Virus record (IMG/VR): IMGVR_UViG_3300045049_000286 | Span: 43,981-107,980 of that record | Length of the DNA stretch: 64,000 bases | Source of the DNA: a virus | Direction: 5' to 3' (one strand) | Shown: positions 44,801-53,360 of the stretch, one piece after another | Numbering within the stretch: position 1 is the first letter of the stretch | How the letters are laid out: the number at the start of each line of letters is the position of its first letter | Program-made: the position numbers and the translations under genes | Notes under the pieces: model-generated | The model's database searches: none | What the model was told of the DNA's origin: nothing | The model's input: only the letters and a program-made list of their open reading frames with translations

Positions 44801-44869
44801 CATTACCGGCGGGAAAACCAAAGCACAGAGCCTGGGCGCAGAATTCAACGAGCTGCGCGGAGGCGGGCT

Positions 44870-47515
44870 GTGACTGGTTTTCCCGCTGGTGTTTCTGTCA
44901 CCACGCTGACAGGCACCTATCTGGACCCAGAGGGTAACCCGCTCGCGGGAACGATCACTTTCTCGCCGCCATCGGCGCTCACCCTCAAGGGCGCGTCGAT
45001 GTTCTCGATGCTGCCGGCGACGGCGACTCTGGATGTGAATGGGCGGTTCTCGGTCCAGCTCATCGCGACCGACAACGCGAACATGTCCCCGAGCGGGTGG
45101 ACCTACCAGGTCACCGAGACGATCTCGGCCGCTGGTGCGCAGACGGCGGTGACGGGGCCGACCGTGACGGCGCCGATGCGGCAGTACTACATCTTCCTGC
45201 CGTACTCGGCGACGCCGGTGGATCTGTCGTCGCTGGCTCCGGTGCAGCCGTACTCGGGCGTGTACCTGCCTGCGCCCACCGGTGTGGCGAGCGGGGATCT
45301 GTCGGGGAACTTCCCGGGGCCGACGGTCGCGAAGATCCAGGGCGTTTCGGTGTCGGGGACGCCGGCTGCTGGGCAGGTGCTGACGGCGACGTCGCCGACG
45401 GCTGCGACGTGGCAGGCCGGCGGGGGTGGCAGCGGTACGCCGACGGGGCCGGCGAGCGGGGACCTGTCGGGCGTGTACCCGGGCCCGAGCGTGGCGAAGG
45501 TCAACGGTGTTGCTGTGGCTGGCTCGCCGGCAGCGGGTCAGGTGCTGACGGCCAGTTCGGGGACGGCCGCGACGTGGGTGACGCCGCCGGGCGCGTTGCC
45601 GCCGACTGGCACCGCCGGCGGTGACCTCGGCGGGTCCTACCCGAACCCGAGCGTGGGCAAGGTCAACGGCGTGTCCATCACGGGGACTCCGTCCGCCGGG
45701 CAGGTTCCGGTGGCGACCTCGGCCATCGCGGCAGCGTGGGGGCCGGCGCCTGGCGGTGCGCCGACCGGCGCGGCAAGCGGTGACCTGTCGGGGACCTACC
45801 CCGGGCCGACGGTCGCGAAGATCAACGGGGTGTCGGTCAGCGGGACGCCGGCGGCAGGCAACGCGATCATGGCGTCGTCCGCGACGGCGTCGGCGTGGGC
45901 TGGGGCGGCCGGCATCGGCGAGTGGATCTTCAATGTCCGCTCGTACGGGGCGGTCGGCGACGGCGTGATGGTCTCCGACGGCGCGATCACCGCCGGCACC
46001 ACCGCGCTGGCGTGCACGACGTCGCTGCCGTTCGTGTCCACCGACGTCGGCAAGGCCATCATGATCAAGGGTGCGGGCGGGACCGGCATCACCACCCACG
46101 TCGCCACCATCACCGGCTTCACCGACAGCGGCCATGTCTCCATCTCCGCCCCGGCCGTGACCACCATCACTGGCGCGCTGGTGTTCTTCGGCACGGACGA
46201 CACGCCGCACTTCATCAACGCGGTCAACACCGCAACCGCCTTCGGCCAGGCGCACGGCGCGGCGAAGGTGTTCATCCCGGCGCCCAGCAAGCAGTTCTAC
46301 TGCATCGCCGGTGCCCTGCAGACAGGCGGCACCACCAAGGGCAACGCCCAGATCCCGCTGCCCATCATCGCGGACACGGCGAGCAAGGTCACGCTCACGT
46401 TCGAGGGCGTCGCCAACGGCTCGGGTGTGCAGTTCTGGCAGCAGACCGGGCCGACGTTCTCCGGCTCGACGCTGGTCTCTTTCGGAGTGTGGACGGCCGC
46501 GTCGGCGCAGACCAACTCGATCAACACCAACGGCAACCCGTGCGTGATCGGAGGCCCGACCCAGCCGAACGGGTACGGCACCTCGGCGACGGTGTACTCG
46601 AACATGATCGTCACGCTCAAGGACATGTCGATCCTGAACGCCTACTCCAGCCAGGGGCTCTCCTACGGTGCGGCTGACTTCTCCGGCGTGGCGAACGCGA
46701 ACCTGATCGACTTCGCCTACGGCACCTGCGGTTCGGTCGCGGCGAACGACTACGTGGCCACGAGCGGGTTCGCCGCGAACGAGGTCATCGGTGTCCTGAT
46801 GCCGGCGAACGGCAACAACGACAACTGCGCAATCCGCAACGTCACCTGCCACGGGGGCTACACCTGGGGTATCTACGCGACCGAGCACACCGTCATCGAC
46901 TCGATGCGCATCCTGTACTGCTGGTCCGGGTTCTGCCCCGTCGGGCAGTACTACCAGTCCGCCGGGTCGACCCATGGCATCTATGCGGCGAACCTCTCCG
47001 TCGAGGCGTGCAACAACGTCATCTACGTCGTCGGCATCGGCTCGTCCGGCATCGGCCCGTTCCTGGAGATCGTGCAGCTCGACACCGAGGGCGGCGCGCC
47101 GACCTTCACGGACAACAGCAGCGGCTCCGGGCTCGCGGCGCTTCGCGGGCACGTGCAGATGACGGGCTTGTTCACGGCGTCCAGCGTCGTGGTGTCGCAC
47201 CCGACCGGACTCAAGATCACCAACGGGCAGGTTCCGCGCGCGATCTCCACGGTCACGGCCAACTACACCGTGACCGTGCTCGACGAGACGATCCTGGTCA
47301 ACGCCGCGTCAGGCGCGGTCGCCGTGACGCTGATCTCGGCGGCGAACACCCCGAACCGCTACCTCGTGAAGAAGATCGACAGCTCCGCGAACAACGTCAC
47401 CGTCACCGCCGCCGGCACCGACACGATCGACGGCGCGGCCACGAAGGTCCTGTCCACGCAGTGGCAGTCGGTGGACCTCGTCTCGGACGGGGCGTCCCAC
47501 TGGTACTCGGTCTGA
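44870..47515 (+). CDS. fibre/tailspike-like protein with internal repeats and pectate-lyase-like beta-helix
   Basis: [12 protein letters not shown]...GTDDT..FINA motif, Gly/Thr/Ser-rich, C-terminal fibre module. Confidence 0.8.
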   Translation: MTGFPAGVSVTTLTGTYLDPEGNPLAGTITFSPPSALTLKGASMFSMLPATATLDVNGRFSVQLIATDNANMSPSGWTYQVTETISAAGAQTAVTGPTVTAPMRQYYIFLPYSATPVDLSSLAPVQPYSGVYLPAPTGVASGDLSGNFPGPTVAKIQGVSVSGTPAAGQVLTATSPTAATWQAGGGGSGTPTGPASGDLSGVYPGPSVAKVNGVAVAGSPAAGQVLTASSGTAATWVTPPGALPPTGTAGGDLGGSYPNPSVGKVNGVSITGTPSAGQVPVATSAIAAAWGPAPGGAPTGAASGDLSGTYPGPTVAKINGVSVSGTPAAGNAIMASSATASAWAGAAGIGEWIFNVRSYGAVGDGVMVSDGAITAGTTALACTTSLPFVSTDVGKAIMIKGAGGTGITTHVATITGFTDSGHVSISAPAVTTITGALVFFGTDDTPHFINAVNTATAFGQAHGAAKVFIPAPSKQFYCIAGALQTGGTTKGNAQIPLPIIADTASKVTLTFEGVANGSGVQFWQQTGPTFSGSTLVSFGVWTAASAQTNSINTNGNPCVIGGPTQPNGYGTSATVYSNMIVTLKDMSILNAYSSQGLSYGAADFSGVANANLIDFAYGTCGSVAANDYVATSGFAANEVIGVLMPANGNNDNCAIRNVTCHGGYTWGIYATEHTVIDSMRILYCWSGFCPVGQYYQSAGSTHGIYAANLSVEACNNVIYVVGIGSSGIGPFLEIVQLDTEGGAPTFTDNSSGSGLAALRGHVQMTGLFTASSVVVSHPTGLKITNGQVPRAISTVTANYTVTVLDETILVNAASGAVAVTLISAANTPNRYLVKKIDSSANNVTVTAAGTDTIDGAATKVLSTQWQSVDLVSDGASHWYSV
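45275..45905 (+). repeat. four ~54-aa in-frame repeats (GDLSGxYPGPxVAKxNGVxxxGTPxAGQ)
   Basis: Units begin near 45293, 45458, 45620, 45779. Confidence 0.85.
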
Positions 47516-47591
47516 TCCATTACTCGGGCGATTTTCGCGGCCCCCACATTGGGGGCTGCGAACAACAACTGCCTATACCGGAGTATCGCCC

Positions 47592-48530
47592 ATGCCTTTC
47601 CTCGCGAATGAGGACCAGGCCCTCAAGCAGAAGCTGAGCGGCCTGTTTGTGCATGATGCCACCTCCGGTACACAGCAGGGCCGCCCGGTTGTGGTGCGGT
47701 TCAAGAATCCCGAGTACGAGCTGTCCCAGTCGCAGTATCCGCTGATCATGCTCTCGCACACGAGCATCTCGAAGGCGGACGAACGCGAGTCGCGCGGATA
47801 TGTGCGCATCGGATACGCGCCCGAGGGCTATGCGGGCTGGGCGGACATGACCGACCCGGGCCAGTCTCCCTATTTCTCGCAGACGCCGATCCCGGTGAAC
47901 GTCGACTACCGGATCGACGTCTTCGCGCGCAAGCAGACGCACCTGATCGACCTGACCGCGCAGTTGATGAGCTTCGCGTTCCTCCCGGATCGGCTCGGTT
48001 TCCTGGTCATCCCGCAGGACGGCACCACGCGGCGCCTGGACGTCCTCGGCGGGCCGGAATACATCGAGTCCAAGGACGAACTGGGCAAGCGCCTTTTCAC
48101 CGCCGTGTGGTCGATCCGCATCAGCTCCGAAATCTTCCTGGCCACCATCGACCAGCTCACGCCGGCGCAGAAGACGATCATCAACCTGGTCGACCTGGAG
48201 CAGTTCCAGGACGGATACCTCACCCCGCTCGATCCCCCGCTGACCGTCACCCGGCCCAAGCTCGTGCCGGCCACGACGACGCTGCCGGCCGGTCACGTCG
48301 GGGTGCCCTACCAGCAGTCGCTCAGCGCCACCGGCGGCATCGCGCCGTACCAGTGGGTGCTTCAAAACGGCGCGCTACCAGCGGGGCTGTACCTCGCCCC
48401 GGAGGGCGTGATCTTCGGAACCCCCACCGTGCCCACAACCGCGCAGACGTTCACGGTCGCCTGCACCGACTCGGCCGTCTACGGGCCGCAGACGGCTCCG
48501 CAGCTACTCACGCTCACGATCGGGAGCTGA
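47592..48530 (+). CDS. tail completion/terminator-like protein with C-terminal Ig-like domain
   Basis: Upstream of sheath; C-terminal LPAGHVGVPYQQSLSATGG...LPAGL...G.I.GTP. Confidence 0.7.
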   Translation: MPFLANEDQALKQKLSGLFVHDATSGTQQGRPVVVRFKNPEYELSQSQYPLIMLSHTSISKADERESRGYVRIGYAPEGYAGWADMTDPGQSPYFSQTPIPVNVDYRIDVFARKQTHLIDLTAQLMSFAFLPDRLGFLVIPQDGTTRRLDVLGGPEYIESKDELGKRLFTAVWSIRISSEIFLATIDQLTPAQKTIINLVDLEQFQDGYLTPLDPPLTVTRPKLVPATTTLPAGHVGVPYQQSLSATGGIAPYQWVLQNGALPAGLYLAPEGVIFGTPTVPTTAQTFTVACTDSAVYGPQTAPQLLTLTIGS

Positions 48531-48533
48531 CCT

Positions 48534-50537
48534 ATGACCACACCCGTCTACCCGTACAAGCGGCCCGGCGTCTACGTGTCGGAGACGCTGCTGCCGCTTC
48601 CCACGCCGGCCGTCGCCCCCGGGACAGCGGTCGCGGCATTCGTGGGCACCCACAACGCCGGCCCCACCACGCCGACGCTGATCTCGTCCTGGGCTCAGTT
48701 CCTGTCGCTGTATGGCGGGTTCGGCTCCGGCATCGACGTGCTCCCGTTCAGCGTCTACGAGTACTTCGCGAACGGCGGCAACCGGGCCTACATACTGCGG
48801 GCGGTCGCCTCGGACGCGGCGGCGGCTTCCGTCACGCTGAACAACGTCCCGATCCCGCCGGCGAGCACCCAGACGCCGACGCCTCCCGGAACGGCGCCTA
48901 CGGGCTCGGGTACCGCGCCGTCGAACCCGGTCGCCGGCGTGACGCTGACGTCCGTCACCTCGCCGGTGATCAACCCCGAGCAGACCGCGCTCGGGGTGAC
49001 GTTCCAGTCGCTGACCGGCACGGGCAACGCGATCGACGCCTACCTGGTGACCTGCACGCCCCCGGCGGGTTCGGGTCTGACGACGCAGCAGGTGTGGTTC
49101 CCGCAGCCGGGCACCCAGGGCGCCTGCAACATCGTCTTCGGCGGCCTGCAGCCCGGGACGACGTACACCATCCAGGTCGTGCCCTACAAGGGCACCAGCG
49201 CCGGGCCGGGCATCGCGAGCCCGCCGACGTTCTCCACCCTGGCTCCCTACACGGCGGTGCCCGCGCTCAAGATCACTGCGCTGGGGCTCGGGGCTTACGG
49301 CAACAACATCTACATCGACACCGCCGCGTCGTGGACGAGCGGCCGGTTCCACCTGTTCGTGAAGGTCGGCAGCGACGCTGCGGCGAGCCTGGTGGAGACC
49401 TGGCAGGACGTCTCGCTGAACCCCACCGACCCGCGCTACGTGGTGTCGATGCTGAACGCCCCGCAGGGCGGGTCTGCGTACATCCAGGTGCAGAACATGC
49501 TGCCGCCGGCGTCCCCGCAGCCCGGCACCGGGCAGACCCCGGACGGCTCCTGGTTCCCCGTGCTCGGCAACGGGTTCCGGCTCGCGAGCGGCTCCGACGG
49601 CGTGCAGGCGGTGAACCTGTCGACGTCGCTGACCAACCAGTTCGCCTCCATCGCGGACGTGCTGCTGCTGAACCTGTGCGGTCAGTTCACCGCGAACTCC
49701 GGCATCCCCGCGCAGACGGTCATCAACGCGGCCCTGTCGTGGGTGATCAACCGGGGCCGGGCGTTCATGGTGCTGGACGCGCCGCAGGTGCCGGCGCCGG
49801 CGGACTCCACCGCCGCGACGTCCGCGTACCTGTCCCTGCTGCCGTCCGCGACGCCACCCGGCTCCTACCAGCCCACGACCTCGTACGCGGCGATGTACGG
49901 GCCGTGGCTGCAGTGCTCGGACCCCGCCGGCGCCTCGGTGCAGGCCACCCGGATGCTGCCGCCGGCTGGCGCGGTGATGGGCCAGTTCGCGCAGGCCGAC
50001 GCGAAGGTGGGCCCCAACCAGGCCCCAGCCGGTGTCGGTTACCCCCTGATCGGCGTCGTCGGGGTGGAGCACCAGTTCACCAACGACCAGCTCGACAGCC
50101 TCAACATCGCCGGCATGGACGTCATCCGGCCGGTCCCGGCGTCGGGGTTCTGCATTATGGGCGTGCGCACCCTCAAGGCCGGAATGCCGGACCGGTACAT
50201 CCCGATCCGCCGCATGCTGACCTACCTGGAGGACCTGCTCACCAAGGCCACCCAGTTCGCGCTTTTCGCGCCGAACGGGCCGCAGCTTTGGCAGACCATC
50301 ACGGCGGTGTGCCAGCAGCAGCTCAACGTGGCGATGATGTCCGGACAGCTCGCCGGCAGCACGCCCGACCAGGCGTTCTTCGTGATCTGCGACGACACGA
50401 ACAACACGCCGGCCTCCGTCGCCAACGGGGAGATCCACATCAGCGTCGGCGCCGCGCTGGAGACGCCCGGCGAATTCATCGTCCTGCAGATCTCGCAGTA
50501 CCAGGGCGGCATCTCCACCACGACCACGAGCCTGTAA
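48534..50537 (+). CDS. contractile tail sheath protein with FN3-like insertion
   Basis: YKRPGVYVSE, YFANGG, PPAGAVMG, RYIPIRR, FFVICD.TNNT, PGEFIV; insert GLQPGTTYTIQV. Confidence 0.93.
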   Translation: MTTPVYPYKRPGVYVSETLLPLPTPAVAPGTAVAAFVGTHNAGPTTPTLISSWAQFLSLYGGFGSGIDVLPFSVYEYFANGGNRAYILRAVASDAAAASVTLNNVPIPPASTQTPTPPGTAPTGSGTAPSNPVAGVTLTSVTSPVINPEQTALGVTFQSLTGTGNAIDAYLVTCTPPAGSGLTTQQVWFPQPGTQGACNIVFGGLQPGTTYTIQVVPYKGTSAGPGIASPPTFSTLAPYTAVPALKITALGLGAYGNNIYIDTAASWTSGRFHLFVKVGSDAAASLVETWQDVSLNPTDPRYVVSMLNAPQGGSAYIQVQNMLPPASPQPGTGQTPDGSWFPVLGNGFRLASGSDGVQAVNLSTSLTNQFASIADVLLLNLCGQFTANSGIPAQTVINAALSWVINRGRAFMVLDAPQVPAPADSTAATSAYLSLLPSATPPGSYQPTTSYAAMYGPWLQCSDPAGASVQATRMLPPAGAVMGQFAQADAKVGPNQAPAGVGYPLIGVVGVEHQFTNDQLDSLNIAGMDVIRPVPASGFCIMGVRTLKAGMPDRYIPIRRMLTYLEDLLTKATQFALFAPNGPQLWQTITAVCQQQLNVAMMSGQLAGSTPDQAFFVICDDTNNTPASVANGEIHISVGAALETPGEFIVLQISQYQGGISTTTTSL

Positions 50538-50553
50538 GGGCAGGTGAATTCAG

Positions 50554-51141
50554 ATGGCCACGGCGACAACCACCCAGCAGTCCAGCTCTTTCGCGCACAT
50601 CCAGACCGACCCGCTTCGGACGTTCAAGTTCCAGGTGCTCATCCACCACGGCAACCTGGACTCCTCCAAGCGCGTCCCGCAGATGGGCTTCATGTCCGTG
50701 TCCGGCCTGTCGATGACCACGGACGTCGTGGTCTACCGCCAGGGCGGGATGAACACGACTACCCAGAAGATGCCCGGTCAGAGCGACTACGCCCCACTCA
50801 CGCTCTCGCGCGGACTGATATGCGGCGACGCGGACCTGTTCGCGTGGACGCAGCAGATGTTCGCGGTCGTGCAGGGCACCGGGTCGCAGTCCGGCGCGAG
50901 CGAGTTCCGCTCCACGATCGACATCTTCCTGCTCGACCACCCGGTCAACACCCGCACCGTCACCTACAAGGCGGGCTGGCGCGTCTACAACGCCTGGCCC
51001 ACGTCCGTGGCCTTCGGCGACCTCGACGCGGGAAGCAACGGCGTCGAACTGCAGCAGATCACCTTCGCCCACGAGGGCTGGGACTTCAAGATCGCGAACA
51101 CCTACGGGCCCAACGGCAAGATCAGCCCCTTCGCCGCGTAA
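50554..51141 (+). CDS. tail tube protein (T4 gp19-like)
   Basis: DPLRTFKF, GFMSVSGL, KMPG...LTLSRG, YNAWP...DLDA, HEG. Confidence 0.93.
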   Translation: MATATTTQQSSSFAHIQTDPLRTFKFQVLIHHGNLDSSKRVPQMGFMSVSGLSMTTDVVVYRQGGMNTTTQKMPGQSDYAPLTLSRGLICGDADLFAWTQQMFAVVQGTGSQSGASEFRSTIDIFLLDHPVNTRTVTYKAGWRVYNAWPTSVAFGDLDAGSNGVELQQITFAHEGWDFKIANTYGPNGKISPFAA

Positions 51142-51162
51142 CCACACGGAAGAGACTCGGAA

Positions 51163-52023
51163 ATGGAACAGGTACCGGACTTCACCACATTCGGAGATCA
51201 GACCTTCTCGGCCGCCTCCTCACCGCAGGAGGCGGTCGCCGCCAGCCAGGCATTCCTCAAGGAGGACCGCGCCTCCGGAATGCCCACCATGCAGGCCGCC
51301 CCAGACGTCTTCGTCACCCTCCACCACGGCATCAAGAACCCCACCTCACTGGAGTTCCTGCGCGACGCCGAGGTCCGCGAACTGAACGGACAGGACGAGG
51401 AAGCCATCGCGCGCTGCAACGGCAACCTCGCCCGCGTCATGGACACCATCGTCGTGCGCGGCACCCGCCGCATCGGCTCCCAGTTCATGACCCGCGAACT
51501 GGCCGACCAGCTCCTGATCGGGGATCGCGAACAGCTCCTGCTCGCGATCCGCGAGGCCACCTTCGGCCCCACCGTGGAATTCGAGAAGCTCCCCTGCCCG
51601 CACTGCGGCGACAAGGTCGACCTGTCCTACGCCCTGTCCGACGTGCCCGTGGTGAAGCTCAAGGACCCCGACCAGGTCGAGTACAGGGTCGACCTGCGCC
51701 AGGGCGCCGTAGCCGTGGTGCGCCTGCCCAACGGCGCGGACCAGATGAAGATCCTTTCCCACGCCGACGAACCCGACGCCGTGCAAAACACCCGGATGCT
51801 CTCCCAGTGCCTGCTGCGCGTGGAATACCCCGACGGCGACACCGTCCCCGGCTCCCCCAAGCTCGCGCTGGAGCTGTCCATGGCCGACCGGCGTACCCTG
51901 CTCGACTTCCTGATGGCCACCCAGCCCGGCCCCCGCTTCAACCAGGCTGCTTTCGTGCACGACGGGTGCGGACAGGAGGTCCGCCTGCCACTCAACCTGG
52001 CGATCCTGTTTCGCGGACTGTAA
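51163..52023 (+). CDS. tail assembly chaperone / baseplate hub assembly protein
   Basis: VRELNG.DEE, LLIGDR..LLLAIR.ATFG, CPHC; follows tube gene. Confidence 0.8.
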   Translation: MEQVPDFTTFGDQTFSAASSPQEAVAASQAFLKEDRASGMPTMQAAPDVFVTLHHGIKNPTSLEFLRDAEVRELNGQDEEAIARCNGNLARVMDTIVVRGTRRIGSQFMTRELADQLLIGDREQLLLAIREATFGPTVEFEKLPCPHCGDKVDLSYALSDVPVVKLKDPDQVEYRVDLRQGAVAVVRLPNGADQMKILSHADEPDAVQNTRMLSQCLLRVEYPDGDTVPGSPKLALELSMADRRTLLDFLMATQPGPRFNQAAFVHDGCGQEVRLPLNLAILFRGL

Positions 52024-52159
52024 CCACCGGCGCGCATTCCTCGACTACCAGCTCCTCACCCGCGTCCACCCCGGATGGCCGCTGACGCAGATCAAGGAGT
52101 TGAGCATCCGCGAACGGGCGCACTGGGTGCGACTGGCCAGGTGGGAAATGAACCGATAA
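52010..52159 (+). CDS. start-less +1-frame extension of tail assembly chaperone
   Basis: FADCNHRRAFLDYQLLTRVHPGWPLTQIKELSIRERAHW..., high GC3, no start codon; overlaps TTT-CGC at 52009-14. Confidence 0.65.
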   Translation, partial: FADCNHRRAFLDYQLLTRVHPGWPLTQIKELSIRERAHWVRLARWEMNR

Positions 52160-52217
52160 TCGCCGTTCCTACAATCCGGAGGAACGGCTCGCCCACGAAT
52201 CCAAATGCGAGGTCACC

Positions 52218-52433
52218 ATGGCTTTTCTCGCTCCCCTCGCGGAAGTCGCTGCCGAAGGCGGCGCGGCGGAGGCGGCCGGCGGCGCGGCGGCCGAGGGCGG
52301 CAGCGGCGGAGGCGGATTCGCCTCCCGTATGCTCTCCGGCCTCCAGTTCGGCGGCGGCGGAAAGAAGAAGCAGTCCAGCCCGTCCCAGAGCACCGGCGGC
52401 GGCACTGTCGAGAACGACGCGAGCCTTTCATGA
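52218..52433 (+). CDS. small Gly/Ala-rich protein
   Basis: GAGG RBS, ATGA overlap with next gene. Confidence 0.6.
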   Translation: MAFLAPLAEVAAEGGAAEAAGGAAAEGGSGGGGFASRMLSGLQFGGGGKKKQSSPSQSTGGGTVENDASLS

Positions 52434-53359
52434 CGTCCCCCGCGCACCCGTCGCTGTTCGCGCACATGGTGGATGGGGCCTCCGTGCACACCGCAGGCAG
52501 TCACGCGCTGGCCACCGCCGTGGCGCACCACGAGGCGCAGCAGCGCAATCACCACGTGCTGGTCGAGCACAACCGCAGCCAGCTCCAGTCCGCGCAGGCG
52601 AACGTCCAGCACGAGCGCGACGCCCACGCCAGGCGCATGGAGTCGCACCCGAAGCTGGTGCGCGCCCGCACGGAGGAAGAGAACGCGAGCACTGCGCGTG
52701 AAGGCGCCCGCCACGCCCACCGGCTCAACCAGAACGACGTCGCCGACGCACGCAACAAGGCGAAGGCGGCGCGGCGCAAGGCGGAAGCCGCGAAGCAGAG
52801 CTTCGGGGAGGGCTCGGCCGAGCACAAGGCTGCTGCCAAGAAGGCCGCCGCCGCGCGCACCGCGCACGAGAAGGCGCAGGCGAAGGCGGACGAGTCCCTC
52901 AAGGCGCTGCGCGCGGTGTCCGAGCACAAGCGCAGGGTCACCATCGACCGGCAGAAGGCGGAGAAGAAGCAGAGCGAGAAGGGGAGGACGGCGGTCCGCG
53001 CGGCGCAGCAGGCCGAGCGCGCCGAGCGGCGCACCGGGCGCGCTGCCGAGGGCGCGTCCAAGGCCGCCCTTGGGCACGCCAAGAGCCAGGTCGCCAAGGC
53101 CAAGGTCGAGCACAAGCACGAGGCCGCCCAGATCCGGCATATCCAGCGCCTGGACCGCGAGATCAACAAGGTGCACCAGATCGCGGCCCGTCACCACGAG
53201 AAGGTGGCGCGGATGCAGGCCAAGCACGAGCAGCAGGTCCACCGGCGTCTCGGCAACATCCACAAGAGCGCCCACAAGCTGGTCAAGCACACCGTGTCGA
53301 AGATGACCGAGCAGAAGAAGCCGGGCGCCGCTCTTCACAACGGGGCGAGGCTGACCTGA
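52430..53359 (+). CDS. His/Ala/Lys-rich helical protein
   Basis: 309 aa, about 30 His, high GC3. Confidence 0.75.
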   Translation: MTSPAHPSLFAHMVDGASVHTAGSHALATAVAHHEAQQRNHHVLVEHNRSQLQSAQANVQHERDAHARRMESHPKLVRARTEEENASTAREGARHAHRLNQNDVADARNKAKAARRKAEAAKQSFGEGSAEHKAAAKKAAAARTAHEKAQAKADESLKALRAVSEHKRRVTIDRQKAEKKQSEKGRTAVRAAQQAERAERRTGRAAEGASKAALGHAKSQVAKAKVEHKHEAAQIRHIQRLDREINKVHQIAARHHEKVARMQAKHEQQVHRRLGNIHKSAHKLVKHTVSKMTEQKKPGAALHNGARLT

Positions 53360-53360
53360 T

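Noticed and set aside
43727-47200. 1157-aa minus-strand ORF and similar long antisense ORFs (e.g. 23753-25918, 48504-50438, 53487-55250)
   Set aside because: Shadow ORFs of high-GC3 genes on the opposite strand, with Arg/Gly/Pro-rich nonsense composition
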